A DNA stretch of 24,000 bases from Bacteriovoracaceae bacterium (GTDB lineage: Bacteria > Bdellovibrionota > Bacteriovoracia > Bacteriovoracales > Bacteriovoracaceae), in contig JBLWTJ010000002.1 in NCBI GenBank assembly GCA_048270185.1, positions 65,517 to 89,516 of the forward strand. Reading direction: 5' to 3'. A model generated the notes under the pieces. The model worked only from the letters and a program-made list of their open reading frames with translations, was not told the origin of the DNA and made no database searches. Shown one piece after another: positions 13,980 through 22,075 of this stretch. The position numbers and the translations under genes were made by a program. How positions within the stretch are numbered: the first letter of the stretch is position 1; the number at the start of each line of letters is the position of its first letter.

Positions 13980-15977
13980 ATGAAGTATTTAACAAAGTCT
14001 AAGTTCAAGCTAGGTCTCGAATGTCCTACAAAGCTCTACTATAACGAAGATAAAGAGTACGCTAACGCCAATCTAGATGACCCATTTCTTGCGGCTTTAG
14101 CAAAGGGAGGCTTTCAAGTTGGAGAACTTGCAAAGTGTTACTATCCTGAAGGTTTTGATATCGTTGAGTTAGACTATGAAACTTCAACATCTAAAACGAG
14201 CAAACTCATGGAAGCTCAAGATGTCACAATCTTTGAAGCAGCAATCCAATACAAGAACCTCTTTGTAAGAGTTGATATTTTAGAAAAGGTTGGAAATACC
14301 ATCAACCTGATCGAAGTAAAATCAAAATCAGTTGACCCTGGTCAATTTGAAGACCAGCTCTGGAGTAAAACTGCGGCGAAAAAGGGAGAGCAAAAGCTTC
14401 TCTCAACATGGAAGTCCTATATTTATGACGTGGCCTTCCAAGCCTATGTCTTAAAAAAGGCCTTCCCAAATATGACGATCAATAGCCATCTCATGTGCGC
14501 AGACAAATCAACGATTGCCACAGTCGATGGCCTCAATCAGAAGTTTGTTCTTAAAGAAGAAAATGGACGAAGCTACGCTGAGGTCAATGGCGACATCAGT
14601 CCAGACGCCCTTGGCGAAGAGATCCTTTGTAAAATCCCTCTTAACGAGGTCGTTGAAATTATTCATAGTGAAAATGAGATGAGTGAACGCTTCAACGGAC
14701 TTGGGTTTGAAGCAGCAATTTGGCAATTTGCTGACTCCCTTACTCAAGGAGAGAAGATTGAATCAGTGGTTTCTTCAAAGTGCAAGAATTGTGAATTTAG
14801 AGCAAGTGAAGAAGGCAAGAAATCAGGGTTTAATGAATGTTGGTCCCTCGCTCATGGCCTCTCACAAGAAGAACTCGAACAGCCTCTTGTCTTTGATGTT
14901 TGGAATTTTCGAGGTGGAGACAAAGCGCTTGAAAGTGGCAAAGTCCTACTTGAAGACCTCGATGCTACCGATATAAAAACAAACCCAAGAAAAGACGGTA
15001 TCGGACTCTCAAATGGAGAGCGCCAGCTTCTGCAAGTCGAGAAAGTTAAAGACCATGATGACACATCCTTTATTGATATCGAAGGACTTGCATTAGAAAT
15101 GAACACATGGAACTACCCTCTTCATATGATCGATTTTGAAACATGTATGGTGGCAATTCCCTTTAATAAAGGACAGGCACCGTATGAGCAAATTGCCTTT
15201 CAATTCAGTCATCATATCATTCATGAAGATGGTAAGATCGAACATGCAAATGAGTATATCAATGCAACTCAAGGCTTCCACCCAAACTTTGAGTTTGTCA
15301 GACGTCTAAGAGATGCCCTTGGCGACAAAGGTTCGATCTTTCGCTACTCAAACCATGAGAACACAGTACTCTGCCAAATTAGACAGCAACTTCTTGATTC
15401 TGAGGAAAGCGATGCTGATGAGTTAATCAAATTCATCGAAACAATAACAAATAAGAAATCTGGAAAAGAATATGCCTGGAAGGGAGATCGCGACATGATT
15501 GACCTTTGTGAGATGGTTAAGAAGTACTACTACTCACCACTTACCAATGGCTCTAATTCAATCAAGTACGTACTACCTGCAATCCTAAATGAATCCAACT
15601 TCATTCAAGAAAAGTATTCTAAGCCAATCTACGGTAAAGGCCATGAGATCGAATCTAAGAATTTTGACTCGCATACTTGGATCTCACTAGACGAGAGCGG
15701 CGATGTCATTAACCCATATAAGACACTTCCACCAGTATTTGATAATTATGACTACGATGAACTTGAATTAGTTGGTGAGAATGATATTGCAAATGGTGGA
15801 GCGGCCCTTACAGCATATGCCATGATGCAATTCACTCATATGTCAGATATCGAGCGAGAGAAAGTAAAGTCAGCGCTTCTTCGCTATTGTGAATTAGATA
15901 CCCTCGCGATGGTTATGATTTGGGAGCATTGGAATCATTTAATTACGGAGTCTCAAACAGAGAGAGAGGCATCATAA
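13980..15977 (+). CDS. DUF2779 family protein: N-terminal Cas4-like PD-(D/E)XK nuclease plus C-terminal RNase H-like/DEDD-type exonuclease fold
   Basis: The N-terminus LTKSKFKLGLECPTKLYY is typical of DUF2779. D99...E112-V-K114 (VRVDILEKVGNTINLIEVKS, 14274-14321). Cys cluster C15 plus CKNCEF...ECW. The C-domain opens with MIDFETCMVAIPF....APYEQIAFQFSHH (DFE at about 15132-15140). Confidence 0.75.
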   Translation: MKYLTKSKFKLGLECPTKLYYNEDKEYANANLDDPFLAALAKGGFQVGELAKCYYPEGFDIVELDYETSTSKTSKLMEAQDVTIFEAAIQYKNLFVRVDILEKVGNTINLIEVKSKSVDPGQFEDQLWSKTAAKKGEQKLLSTWKSYIYDVAFQAYVLKKAFPNMTINSHLMCADKSTIATVDGLNQKFVLKEENGRSYAEVNGDISPDALGEEILCKIPLNEVVEIIHSENEMSERFNGLGFEAAIWQFADSLTQGEKIESVVSSKCKNCEFRASEEGKKSGFNECWSLAHGLSQEELEQPLVFDVWNFRGGDKALESGKVLLEDLDATDIKTNPRKDGIGLSNGERQLLQVEKVKDHDDTSFIDIEGLALEMNTWNYPLHMIDFETCMVAIPFNKGQAPYEQIAFQFSHHIIHEDGKIEHANEYINATQGFHPNFEFVRRLRDALGDKGSIFRYSNHENTVLCQIRQQLLDSEESDADELIKFIETITNKKSGKEYAWKGDRDMIDLCEMVKKYYYSPLTNGSNSIKYVLPAILNESNFIQEKYSKPIYGKGHEIESKNFDSHTWISLDESGDVINPYKTLPPVFDNYDYDELELVGENDIANGGAALTAYAMMQFTHMSDIEREKVKSALLRYCELDTLAMVMIWEHWNHLITESQTEREAS

Positions 15978-16015
15978 GATAAGAATGAAGAAGTCTCTAA
16001 AAAAGGTAAACTGCT

Positions 16016-17290
16016 TTAAGCTGCAATTGAATTACTTTTGATGACCTTCTCTACACTAACAGAATCTATTTTATCGATTAACCTCAGAAAATCGGTATAC
16101 TTGTGTATTAACTCTAGAGTCTCATAAAGATTTTCCATCGTTTTTGGAGATGCAAGTCGTCGTTTATTTCCTAGATAGCTCTTTGGATCACTAAGTATTC
16201 CACGGTATACATTCAAGGCCATCACTTCAAGAAAATTTATAATTTGGTCTCTTGGAATTTTTGAAGGAACGAGAATTCGCTTAAAGCTTCTCTTTCCATG
16301 ATATTCATCTTCGATAATGAATGATAAATCACTATCAAGCTTGAGCTTCAGTTTCTTAGCATGGTGCCTAGGAGGAGTAATTATTAAAGTTTTACTTCTT
16401 AAGGATTCTCTCGATTTTGGGTGTAAAGTCCATTGTCCTGGTACATCATCACTTTTTAAACGATTGAGGGACTCTGTGAAGCACTCACCGAAACTCCAAA
16501 GAATATCTAACTTTGCCTCATGAATAATATCATTATTACTACCATTCTTATCAAGGCGTATATTATTGAGAGCATTTAAAAACTCTAAGACATTTATTAA
16601 ATTCTTTACTCGTTTATTCTTAGTAGGATTTTTAAGATTTAATGAGTGTAGTATTTCAAGAATATCCTTAGTCCAAGACAATTGAACCCAATACTTTGCT
16701 TCAATTCCATCCTTGCCTGAATCGTGTGCTTTAGGAGGAACACCAAGCAAAGTTAAATAAACATACTCCTGGTACTTCTCACGATAAAATACTTCATTAA
16801 AATATTTACGATAATAATATAATTGATCTTTGTGATTATGAGTAAATAGTTTATTTTCTACGACGAGTGTAAAACTATCCTTCTTATCTAAGTCTAGAAG
16901 GACTATATCGCACTGTCCATACTTATCCTTTGAATTGACGGCCCCCAATGGAAACTCTCTTATGACACCTGCATTAGTAATCCCGCGCGCTAGATCACTA
17001 ACTGACTTTCGAGATGAATTTGTACGATGCTTTCTTAAAACTAACTTATTCTTCTTAGACTTTAGTCCGTTAGCTTCCTCAGCTCTATTCGCTGCAATTT
17101 TAGTAATAAACTTTTTTGGGAAGGAACTACCAAAATAGCTCTTTTCTCTCGAATCCAGTAAGGCCGCAAACATATTCGAAAACCACTCTTCACTCATTGA
17201 AAAGTGAATCAAGTCCTGCCAATCTTTGTGATCTTTAGAAATTTTATCAAAAATAGCTTTTAACTTACTGAGATTACGTTGAGTCGTCAT
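16016..17290 (-). CDS. PD-(D/E)XK nuclease superfamily protein (PDDEXK_4-like)
   Basis: EEWFSNMFAALLDSRE...FG..F..KFI and QCDIVLLDLDKKDSFTLVVENKLFTHNHKDQLYYYRKY match the family pattern (E..hS.fla.LLdp ... riDi.i.....iviENKi.a.e...QL.rY). Strong AAGGAGG SD. Confidence 0.7.
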   Translation of the reverse strand: MTTQRNLSKLKAIFDKISKDHKDWQDLIHFSMSEEWFSNMFAALLDSREKSYFGSSFPKKFITKIAANRAEEANGLKSKKNKLVLRKHRTNSSRKSVSDLARGITNAGVIREFPLGAVNSKDKYGQCDIVLLDLDKKDSFTLVVENKLFTHNHKDQLYYYRKYFNEVFYREKYQEYVYLTLLGVPPKAHDSGKDGIEAKYWVQLSWTKDILEILHSLNLKNPTKNKRVKNLINVLEFLNALNNIRLDKNGSNNDIIHEAKLDILWSFGECFTESLNRLKSDDVPGQWTLHPKSRESLRSKTLIITPPRHHAKKLKLKLDSDLSFIIEDEYHGKRSFKRILVPSKIPRDQIINFLEVMALNVYRGILSDPKSYLGNKRRLASPKTMENLYETLELIHKYTDFLRLIDKIDSVSVEKVIKSNSIAA

Positions 17291-17326
17291 ACCTCCTTAT
17301 CGGTATGACTAAATAAAAGTTAAGTG

Positions 17327-17887
17327 CTACCCCAGAATTAAGTTTAACCATCTCTCATCACGATCAGGCCTCTTATCCTCGGTAATCCAATCTTTCTCTA
17401 TCCTCAGATTCGAAGGCAAAAACTCTTTAATCGTCTCAAGAGTTTGATCATTGAAGAAGCGACCATTCCTCTCCCCTTCATGCTCTCCATATTTGAAAGA
17501 ACAGTAAAAGACCGCATCGTCATTCATAAGGTTTGATATTTTTAATAAGACATCTTTAAGTTCGTTTGAGGGCACATGTAACAGAGAAGCACATGCCCAG
17601 ATTCCATCAAATTTAGAATCAAGACTTACTTCCTGAAGTGTTCCGAGATGAACAACACAACCACTGTGAGAACGAGCAAATTGCGCGAGTTTCTCACTTG
17701 GTTCAAGACCTATAGCTTCATATCCATGATCTTTAAAATACTTGAGATCTCGTCCCGGGCCACAGCCGATGTCTAAGATCAATCCGCCATCCTTTACGTT
17801 TTCGAGAAATGGTTTGTAAAGATGTGACAGGTCTAAATCTAGAGTTGAATCAATGAATTCTTGGTTATTCTTATCGTAGTAATTCAT
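17327..17887 (-). CDS. Class I SAM-dependent methyltransferase (small-molecule/Methyltransf_11-25 type)
   Basis: Motif I LILDIGCGPGRD, then an acidic post-I residue (GLE). There is no (D/N/S)PP(Y/F/W) DNA-MTase motif. It lies 36 nt upstream of the PDDEXK_4 gene on the same strand. Confidence 0.8.
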   Translation of the reverse strand: MNYYDKNNQEFIDSTLDLDLSHLYKPFLENVKDGGLILDIGCGPGRDLKYFKDHGYEAIGLEPSEKLAQFARSHSGCVVHLGTLQEVSLDSKFDGIWACASLLHVPSNELKDVLLKISNLMNDDAVFYCSFKYGEHEGERNGRFFNDQTLETIKEFLPSNLRIEKDWITEDKRPDRDERWLNLILG

Positions 17888-17948
17888 AATACTAGATTAC
17901 TCGAAATTTATAATCGCATCAAATCTATTTAGACGATATAATATCTCC

Positions 17949-18857
17949 ATGATCGAAGATTTTATCCAATGGTACGACAATATTAATAAGGCACGTGCAA
18001 AAGACTATTATGCGCCTCACAAGCCAATAACAATCCTATATGCACTTGTCAAAGCAGCGAAAAATGTACGCTGGATTGAATTCAATAGAGATCGTGAAGA
18101 GCTTGAGTCTATTATTAGTGAGTTTACTAAGTATTCAACAAGGCCAAATTGTCTTCAGCCTCTTTGGCGACTTACAAATGACTCTAAAGCAATGCCTTAT
18201 TGGACAACACAGCCTGCTAATATTGTTTTAAACAATAAAGGTGATATCCCTACTGGAACAGCAAAAGAGATTAATTTTAAAGCTGGCTTTAGTGACGAGA
18301 TCTATAACAAGCTTAAAAATAATAAAGCTCACATACATGCTCTCATTCGCTATATAACTGAAGACAACTTCCCGGACAGTCTCCATGAAACACTTTGGGA
18401 GCTACTTGGTGTCTTTGACCTAGAAGCTCAAGCTCCTTCAGAAGAAACTATCACGACAACAGTGACAAAAGTGAAGAGAGATCCAAAGTTTCCAAAACTT
18501 ATTCTGTCCCTCTATGGTAACCAATGTGCTTGCTGTGGATTAAAGATTAACTTCAAAAATAACACCGCTCTATCAATGGAAGCTGCTCATATCAAGTGGA
18601 AAGCTCGCGGTGGAGACTGTAATGAGTACAATGGCCTAGCCCTATGTCCAACTCACCACTACACTTTTGATCGTGGTATCTGGACACTTAACTCTGATTA
18701 TAGAATTGAACTTAGTGACTCAATTTTAATTGACCGCAAAAATGACACTTTCTTTACACCCTATATTGGTAAATCTATTGGAAGGTTTATTCTAAATGAG
18801 GAGTTACTACCGAGTGCAGGGAATATTGAGTGGCATAGGAAGAATATTTTGAAATAA
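17949..18857 (+). CDS. HNH endonuclease with an N-terminal ScoMcrA-SBD-like DNA-modification-reader domain (putative type IV restriction enzyme)
   Basis: HNH_2-type motif CACCGL......MEAAHIKW......D...NGLALCPTHHYTFDRGIW. The N-terminal YYAPHKPITILYAL......I.F and CLQPLWRLTNDSK resemble the aPHKPllLL.......pfwrL..Dg pattern of phosphorothioate-sensing SBD-HNH enzymes. Confidence 0.6.
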   Translation: MIEDFIQWYDNINKARAKDYYAPHKPITILYALVKAAKNVRWIEFNRDREELESIISEFTKYSTRPNCLQPLWRLTNDSKAMPYWTTQPANIVLNNKGDIPTGTAKEINFKAGFSDEIYNKLKNNKAHIHALIRYITEDNFPDSLHETLWELLGVFDLEAQAPSEETITTTVTKVKRDPKFPKLILSLYGNQCACCGLKINFKNNTALSMEAAHIKWKARGGDCNEYNGLALCPTHHYTFDRGIWTLNSDYRIELSDSILIDRKNDTFFTPYIGKSIGRFILNEELLPSAGNIEWHRKNILK

Positions 18858-18858
18858 T

Positions 18859-19887
18859 TTAGTTAAACTCATGAAGAAATGAGTCTCCTATTTTATGTAT
18901 ATGTACAGTCCTCTCATACCCAAGCCTTAATTCATGAACTTTAACAACGATACAATTAAACATAAGTCTAGCATCTATAATATTAAAGTGATGACAGGTG
19001 TTCTTTGCAAGAGGATTACTGCTTCGTATTTGATTGTAGTAACCTTCTAATATTTTAACTTGCAGCTTCTCAAATACCAAAAACTGCAGCGGAGAATGCC
19101 AGCCAGACTGAATACAAGAACTCGTTAAAGATGATATCTGTTCCAAACTAGAGTCTACAACATAACTTCTCTCTATTTTTTCTACATCTTTTCTTTTTCT
19201 AACCACTTTCTTAATTCTTATATAGCGCTTAGATAAGTCGGAATGCACTTCATACAAAATATCCTTTAGTCCGCCTCTGATTTTTGTCTTTTCTATAAAA
19301 TTCACTTTAGAAACAGCATATAAATAGTGGTCCCCATGTATAACTGCCAAATAAAACACCTTGTTTGCTTCTTCCTCTTCTTCACTTCTAAAATCAATGA
19401 AGATTGGTTTATTTGATTTTTTCCAGTTTCTAAGGACTCTTAGATTAAAATCCTTCAGATCAATCACTTTTTCTTTAAGTTGGCTACACACTATGCTTAG
19501 ATCAGATTGACATCGACTTCCATCAACAATCCAGACCATATTATGATAAAACTTCTCTCTTGCATGAATCTCTTCCTCATCTAATCGAGAATGTTGTATT
19601 TCTATAAAGAAACCATCTGGCCTTTTAACATCTGCTATATGCTTTTCGCCATTTGCATCGAAATGTACAACCTCTTGCCATTCTTCATCATAATGATTCT
19701 TCCAAGCTCTATGCCATTCACTTTCTCGTTCCCACCAATCATCACATTCGTTTTTTGCTTTATGAGCCCAATGCCAGGCCATAATTTTTCCACATTTGGC
19801 TATGAGTTCAGATTTACAATAAGAACAAACTCCTTTTAGCTTCGGGAGCGCTTCAGATTTTATTCCATCAACAAGTCCGAATTTCAT
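18859..19887 (-). CDS. CoiA-like family nuclease-fold protein with an unknown C-terminal 210 aa
   Basis: Zinc-ribbon-like CSYCKSELIAKCGKIMAWHWAHK, then ESEWHRAWKN and KHIADVKRPDGFFIEIQHSRLDEEEIHAREKFY..MVWIVDG. These match the CoiA pattern (C..C......G....HFaH....E...H...K.......rADv......iEfQ.S.is.eei..R...Y....iWi). Its ATG overlaps the upstream TAA (TAATG). Confidence 0.65.
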   Translation of the reverse strand: MKFGLVDGIKSEALPKLKGVCSYCKSELIAKCGKIMAWHWAHKAKNECDDWWERESEWHRAWKNHYDEEWQEVVHFDANGEKHIADVKRPDGFFIEIQHSRLDEEEIHAREKFYHNMVWIVDGSRCQSDLSIVCSQLKEKVIDLKDFNLRVLRNWKKSNKPIFIDFRSEEEEEANKVFYLAVIHGDHYLYAVSKVNFIEKTKIRGGLKDILYEVHSDLSKRYIRIKKVVRKRKDVEKIERSYVVDSSLEQISSLTSSCIQSGWHSPLQFLVFEKLQVKILEGYYNQIRSSNPLAKNTCHHFNIIDARLMFNCIVVKVHELRLGYERTVHIHKIGDSFLHEFN

Positions 19888-20546
19888 TATTCGCTCGTTT
19901 TTAAAACTTTTATTAGTCTTCGAGCTTTTCCAGACTTCTGAATAATATCCATTTTAGGCTCTTTATACCCTATTCTTCCTGCAACACGCTCTAAAGTAAG
20001 ATTTGTCTCACCCAACTCTAGATACTCATTACTTGAGTTTTTACTAGTGTGAATGACACTTATTTTCACAAAATCTTTCTGACTATCTACTTCGACAATA
20101 TGATCGAGCTTTATATCTACTATCTGTTTAAAGATAGAATTCCATCGTTTACTATTTTCAATATAAAATTGTGTAAAAGATTTATAATTTCGAAACGGAG
20201 GATAATTACTTTTATATAAAGAGAAATCCGAGAATAATGCGGTATAAAATGGTTCACCTAACTTATAACTATCAGGTAGTGAATCTGAAATACATTGTAG
20301 ATCATCTCTACGATTATTGATCTCAGAATCATCAATCATGACTATGATATCGGCTTCTTCTAGTCGACTTATAGGAAACCGTACATCTGCAAGCATCGAG
20401 TTTTTTGACTTATAACCAAAATACGCCGCCACTAGCTCATGAGCATGAGCTGCTTTTAACTTAATATCGTAATTTTCTTTAGTGAATGAGCGCAGTGAAT
20501 CTGCACATTTTTTTGAAATCTCTTGAATAGACATCTTAAACTCCAT
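19887..20546 (-). CDS. Hypothetical protein with no recognisable domain
   Basis: The ORF has two candidate starts: ATG 20546, or ATG 20534 (MSIQEIS) preceded by GGAG at 6 nt. Its stop is translationally coupled to the CoiA-like gene by a 1-nt TAATG overlap at 19887. Confidence 0.55.
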   Translation of the reverse strand: MEFKMSIQEISKKCADSLRSFTKENYDIKLKAAHAHELVAAYFGYKSKNSMLADVRFPISRLEEADIIVMIDDSEINNRRDDLQCISDSLPDSYKLGEPFYTALFSDFSLYKSNYPPFRNYKSFTQFYIENSKRWNSIFKQIVDIKLDHIVEVDSQKDFVKISVIHTSKNSSNEYLELGETNLTLERVAGRIGYKEPKMDIIQKSGKARRLIKVLKTSE

Positions 20547-20566
20547 TAAACGAGCTGGACTTAAAT

Positions 20567-20596
20567 TTAGTTGTTATGTGCGTTCAATACAACTAA
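20567..20596. promoter_or_regulatory. Inverted repeat in the divergent intergenic region, a possible operator
   Basis: TTAGTTGT (20567-20574) and ACAACTAA (20589-20596) are perfect 8 bp arms separated by 14 nt. The repeat lies 21 nt upstream of the ATG at 20546. A second small palindrome, CCTTG-GAT-CAAGG, sits at 20685-20697. Confidence 0.35.
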
Positions 20597-20770
20597 GCCA
20601 GCAATTTAATAAAGTATAAAAGTGCTTCTTAGAGTTTATATAACTATCGTCTTTTCGGGCGCACACACCTGAGGCAAATCGACTCCTTGGATCAAGGTAT
20701 CTGATTCATATAAGATGAGCAAGTTAATTTTTTACTAACCGCTAGTACATATAATGGTGGACGTTCGACA

Positions 20771-21229
20771 ATGCTAGACGAACTCTGCGACTACGCGAAT
20801 TATGTGCCTGTTATCATTACTCATTTCTTCAACAAACCCATTCAAAATTCGGAACTTTTGCGGAAACTGTACTTAGAAAAAGACCTTTCTAGCTATGAAA
20901 TTTCAAAATTAACAGGCTGGCCTCGCTCTTCAATAAGTGATGCAACTCGTGCCCTTGGATTCAAAAAAGAAGAAGTGAAAGCACCTACTCTTCGCTTCGG
21001 TGAAAAGCTTATTGGGACTACGCGTGTAGTTCATAAAGGAGAACAAAAGGTAATTGAAAAGATGATTTCCCTTCGAGAGAAAGGTTATTCATTCAAGCGA
21101 ATCTCTGAATACTTAAACGATAAAAACATACCAACTAAACTCGGAGGGTCATGGTACCCATCTACAGTAAAAGACATTGTTAAGCGAGAGCTTAAGAAAA
21201 GGGAGGCATATCATGCGTGCGATAATTGA
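20771..21229 (+). CDS. HTH plus serine-recombinase 'Recombinase' DNA-binding domain protein lacking the catalytic resolvase domain
   Basis: LSSYEISKLTGWPRSSISDATRALG is HTH-like. GEQKVIEKMISLREKGYSFKRISEYLNDKNIPTKLGGSWYPSTVKDIV matches the Recombinase domain pattern (..vv..if.l...G.s...ia..Ln..gi.t..gg.W....v..il). There is no Ser-catalytic N-domain and no room for one upstream, because an in-frame stop lies at 20711-20713. Confidence 0.6.
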   Translation: MLDELCDYANYVPVIITHFFNKPIQNSELLRKLYLEKDLSSYEISKLTGWPRSSISDATRALGFKKEEVKAPTLRFGEKLIGTTRVVHKGEQKVIEKMISLREKGYSFKRISEYLNDKNIPTKLGGSWYPSTVKDIVKRELKKREAYHACDN

Positions 21230-21377
21230 GATAATTCTTGCGATAATTTTTACAGTGATTTCAGGAACCACGGTTTTGAATCTTTCAAGTAAGGCCATAA
21301 AAAAGGAAGCCATCATTAAAGTTCATATGGGACTTCCTTCGTTAGAGAGCTTTACTAAAAAGATGACGAAGAAATAG
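21213..21377 (+). CDS. 54-aa small single-TM protein
   Basis: ATG 21213 lies 6 nt after GGGAGG (21201-21206). The N-terminal TM is MRAIIEIILAIIFTVISGTTVL. It overlaps the 3' end of the upstream gene by 17 nt. The longer track start at 21177 has no SD. Confidence 0.45.
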   Translation: MRAIIEIILAIIFTVISGTTVLNLSSKAIKKEAIIKVHMGLPSLESFTKKMTKK

Positions 21378-21386
21378 CCTCAAAAG

Positions 21387-21800
21387 CTAAAGGATCAGTG
21401 TGTTTTCTTTATTTGATGACATCTTCATTAAAGAGACTGAAATAAATATCCAAAAAACAGTGCGGACAGTCATTGCACCAACGGTTCTCATTTCATAGGG
21501 ATTTCCTAAGAATATATGAACACCAAAGGCTATAAATACTAATAATGTTAATGTTGCTAAAGCAGAGGATAACTTTAAAGCCCACTTGGTTCTTAAGCTG
21601 ATACCTATTCCAGATATTACATAGAAAAATCCTGCAATAAAATTAAACCAGAGTACAAATGGGACATACTTACCAGCAAATTCTTTTCCATCTATACCAC
21701 CAAAAAGAGCAAATCCCCCAGACTTTATCGTCATAACTCCAAATCCTATAGCCAGTAGGCCAAGAATTAAGACGATAATTTTTTCTCGTTTATGATTCAC
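21387..21800 (-). CDS. Integral membrane protein of unknown function (4 TM)
   Basis: Four hydrophobic helices. The GTG start overlaps the upstream TGA (GTGA) of the DUF1971 gene. Confidence 0.6.
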   Translation of the reverse strand: MNHKREKIIVLILGLLAIGFGVMTIKSGGFALFGGIDGKEFAGKYVPFVLWFNFIAGFFYVISGIGISLRTKWALKLSSALATLTLLVFIAFGVHIFLGNPYEMRTVGAMTVRTVFWIFISVSLMKMSSNKENTLIL

Positions 21801-22072
21801 TTTAAAAACTCCACATGAAATTCAACATCACCCAAGGGCTCTATATGATGAGGAACTTGAGGCTCAACAACTCCAAATTTTTCAGGTGTTAGCTCAATAG
21901 CCTCTTGTGGTTCTGTCTCTATTGTATATAGTAATTTCCCTTTGGAGACACAAATTTTTCCCCATGTACCTTCTTTTGTTGTATGCGCCTTTAGCAGCCC
22001 AGCGGGGACAGTTTTTTCATTAAAGTCAGGGGTGCGTTTATATACGCTTACATTTTCGGGTAGTTTCTTCAT
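21797..22072 (-). CDS. DUF1971 domain protein (YeaR / TehB-N-like)
   Basis: YKRTPDFNEKTVPAGLLKAHTTKEGTWGKICVSKGKLLY........L.PEKFGVVEPQVPHHIEPLGDVEFHVEF matches the DUF1971 pattern (y.rt..f.e.tiP.gll..H.tk.gvWg.i.v..G.l.y ... i.Pq..H.v.....v.f.veF). Confidence 0.75.
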   Translation of the reverse strand: MKKLPENVSVYKRTPDFNEKTVPAGLLKAHTTKEGTWGKICVSKGKLLYTIETEPQEAIELTPEKFGVVEPQVPHHIEPLGDVEFHVEFLK

Positions 22073-22075
22073 ATC

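Noticed and set aside
17327-17887. Interpreting the methyltransferase plus PDDEXK_4 pair as a classical type II restriction-modification system
   Set aside because: The methyltransferase lacks any (D/N/S)PP(Y/F/W) catalytic motif and any target-recognition domain, and it looks like a small-molecule class I enzyme. It is kept only as an open question in the findings.
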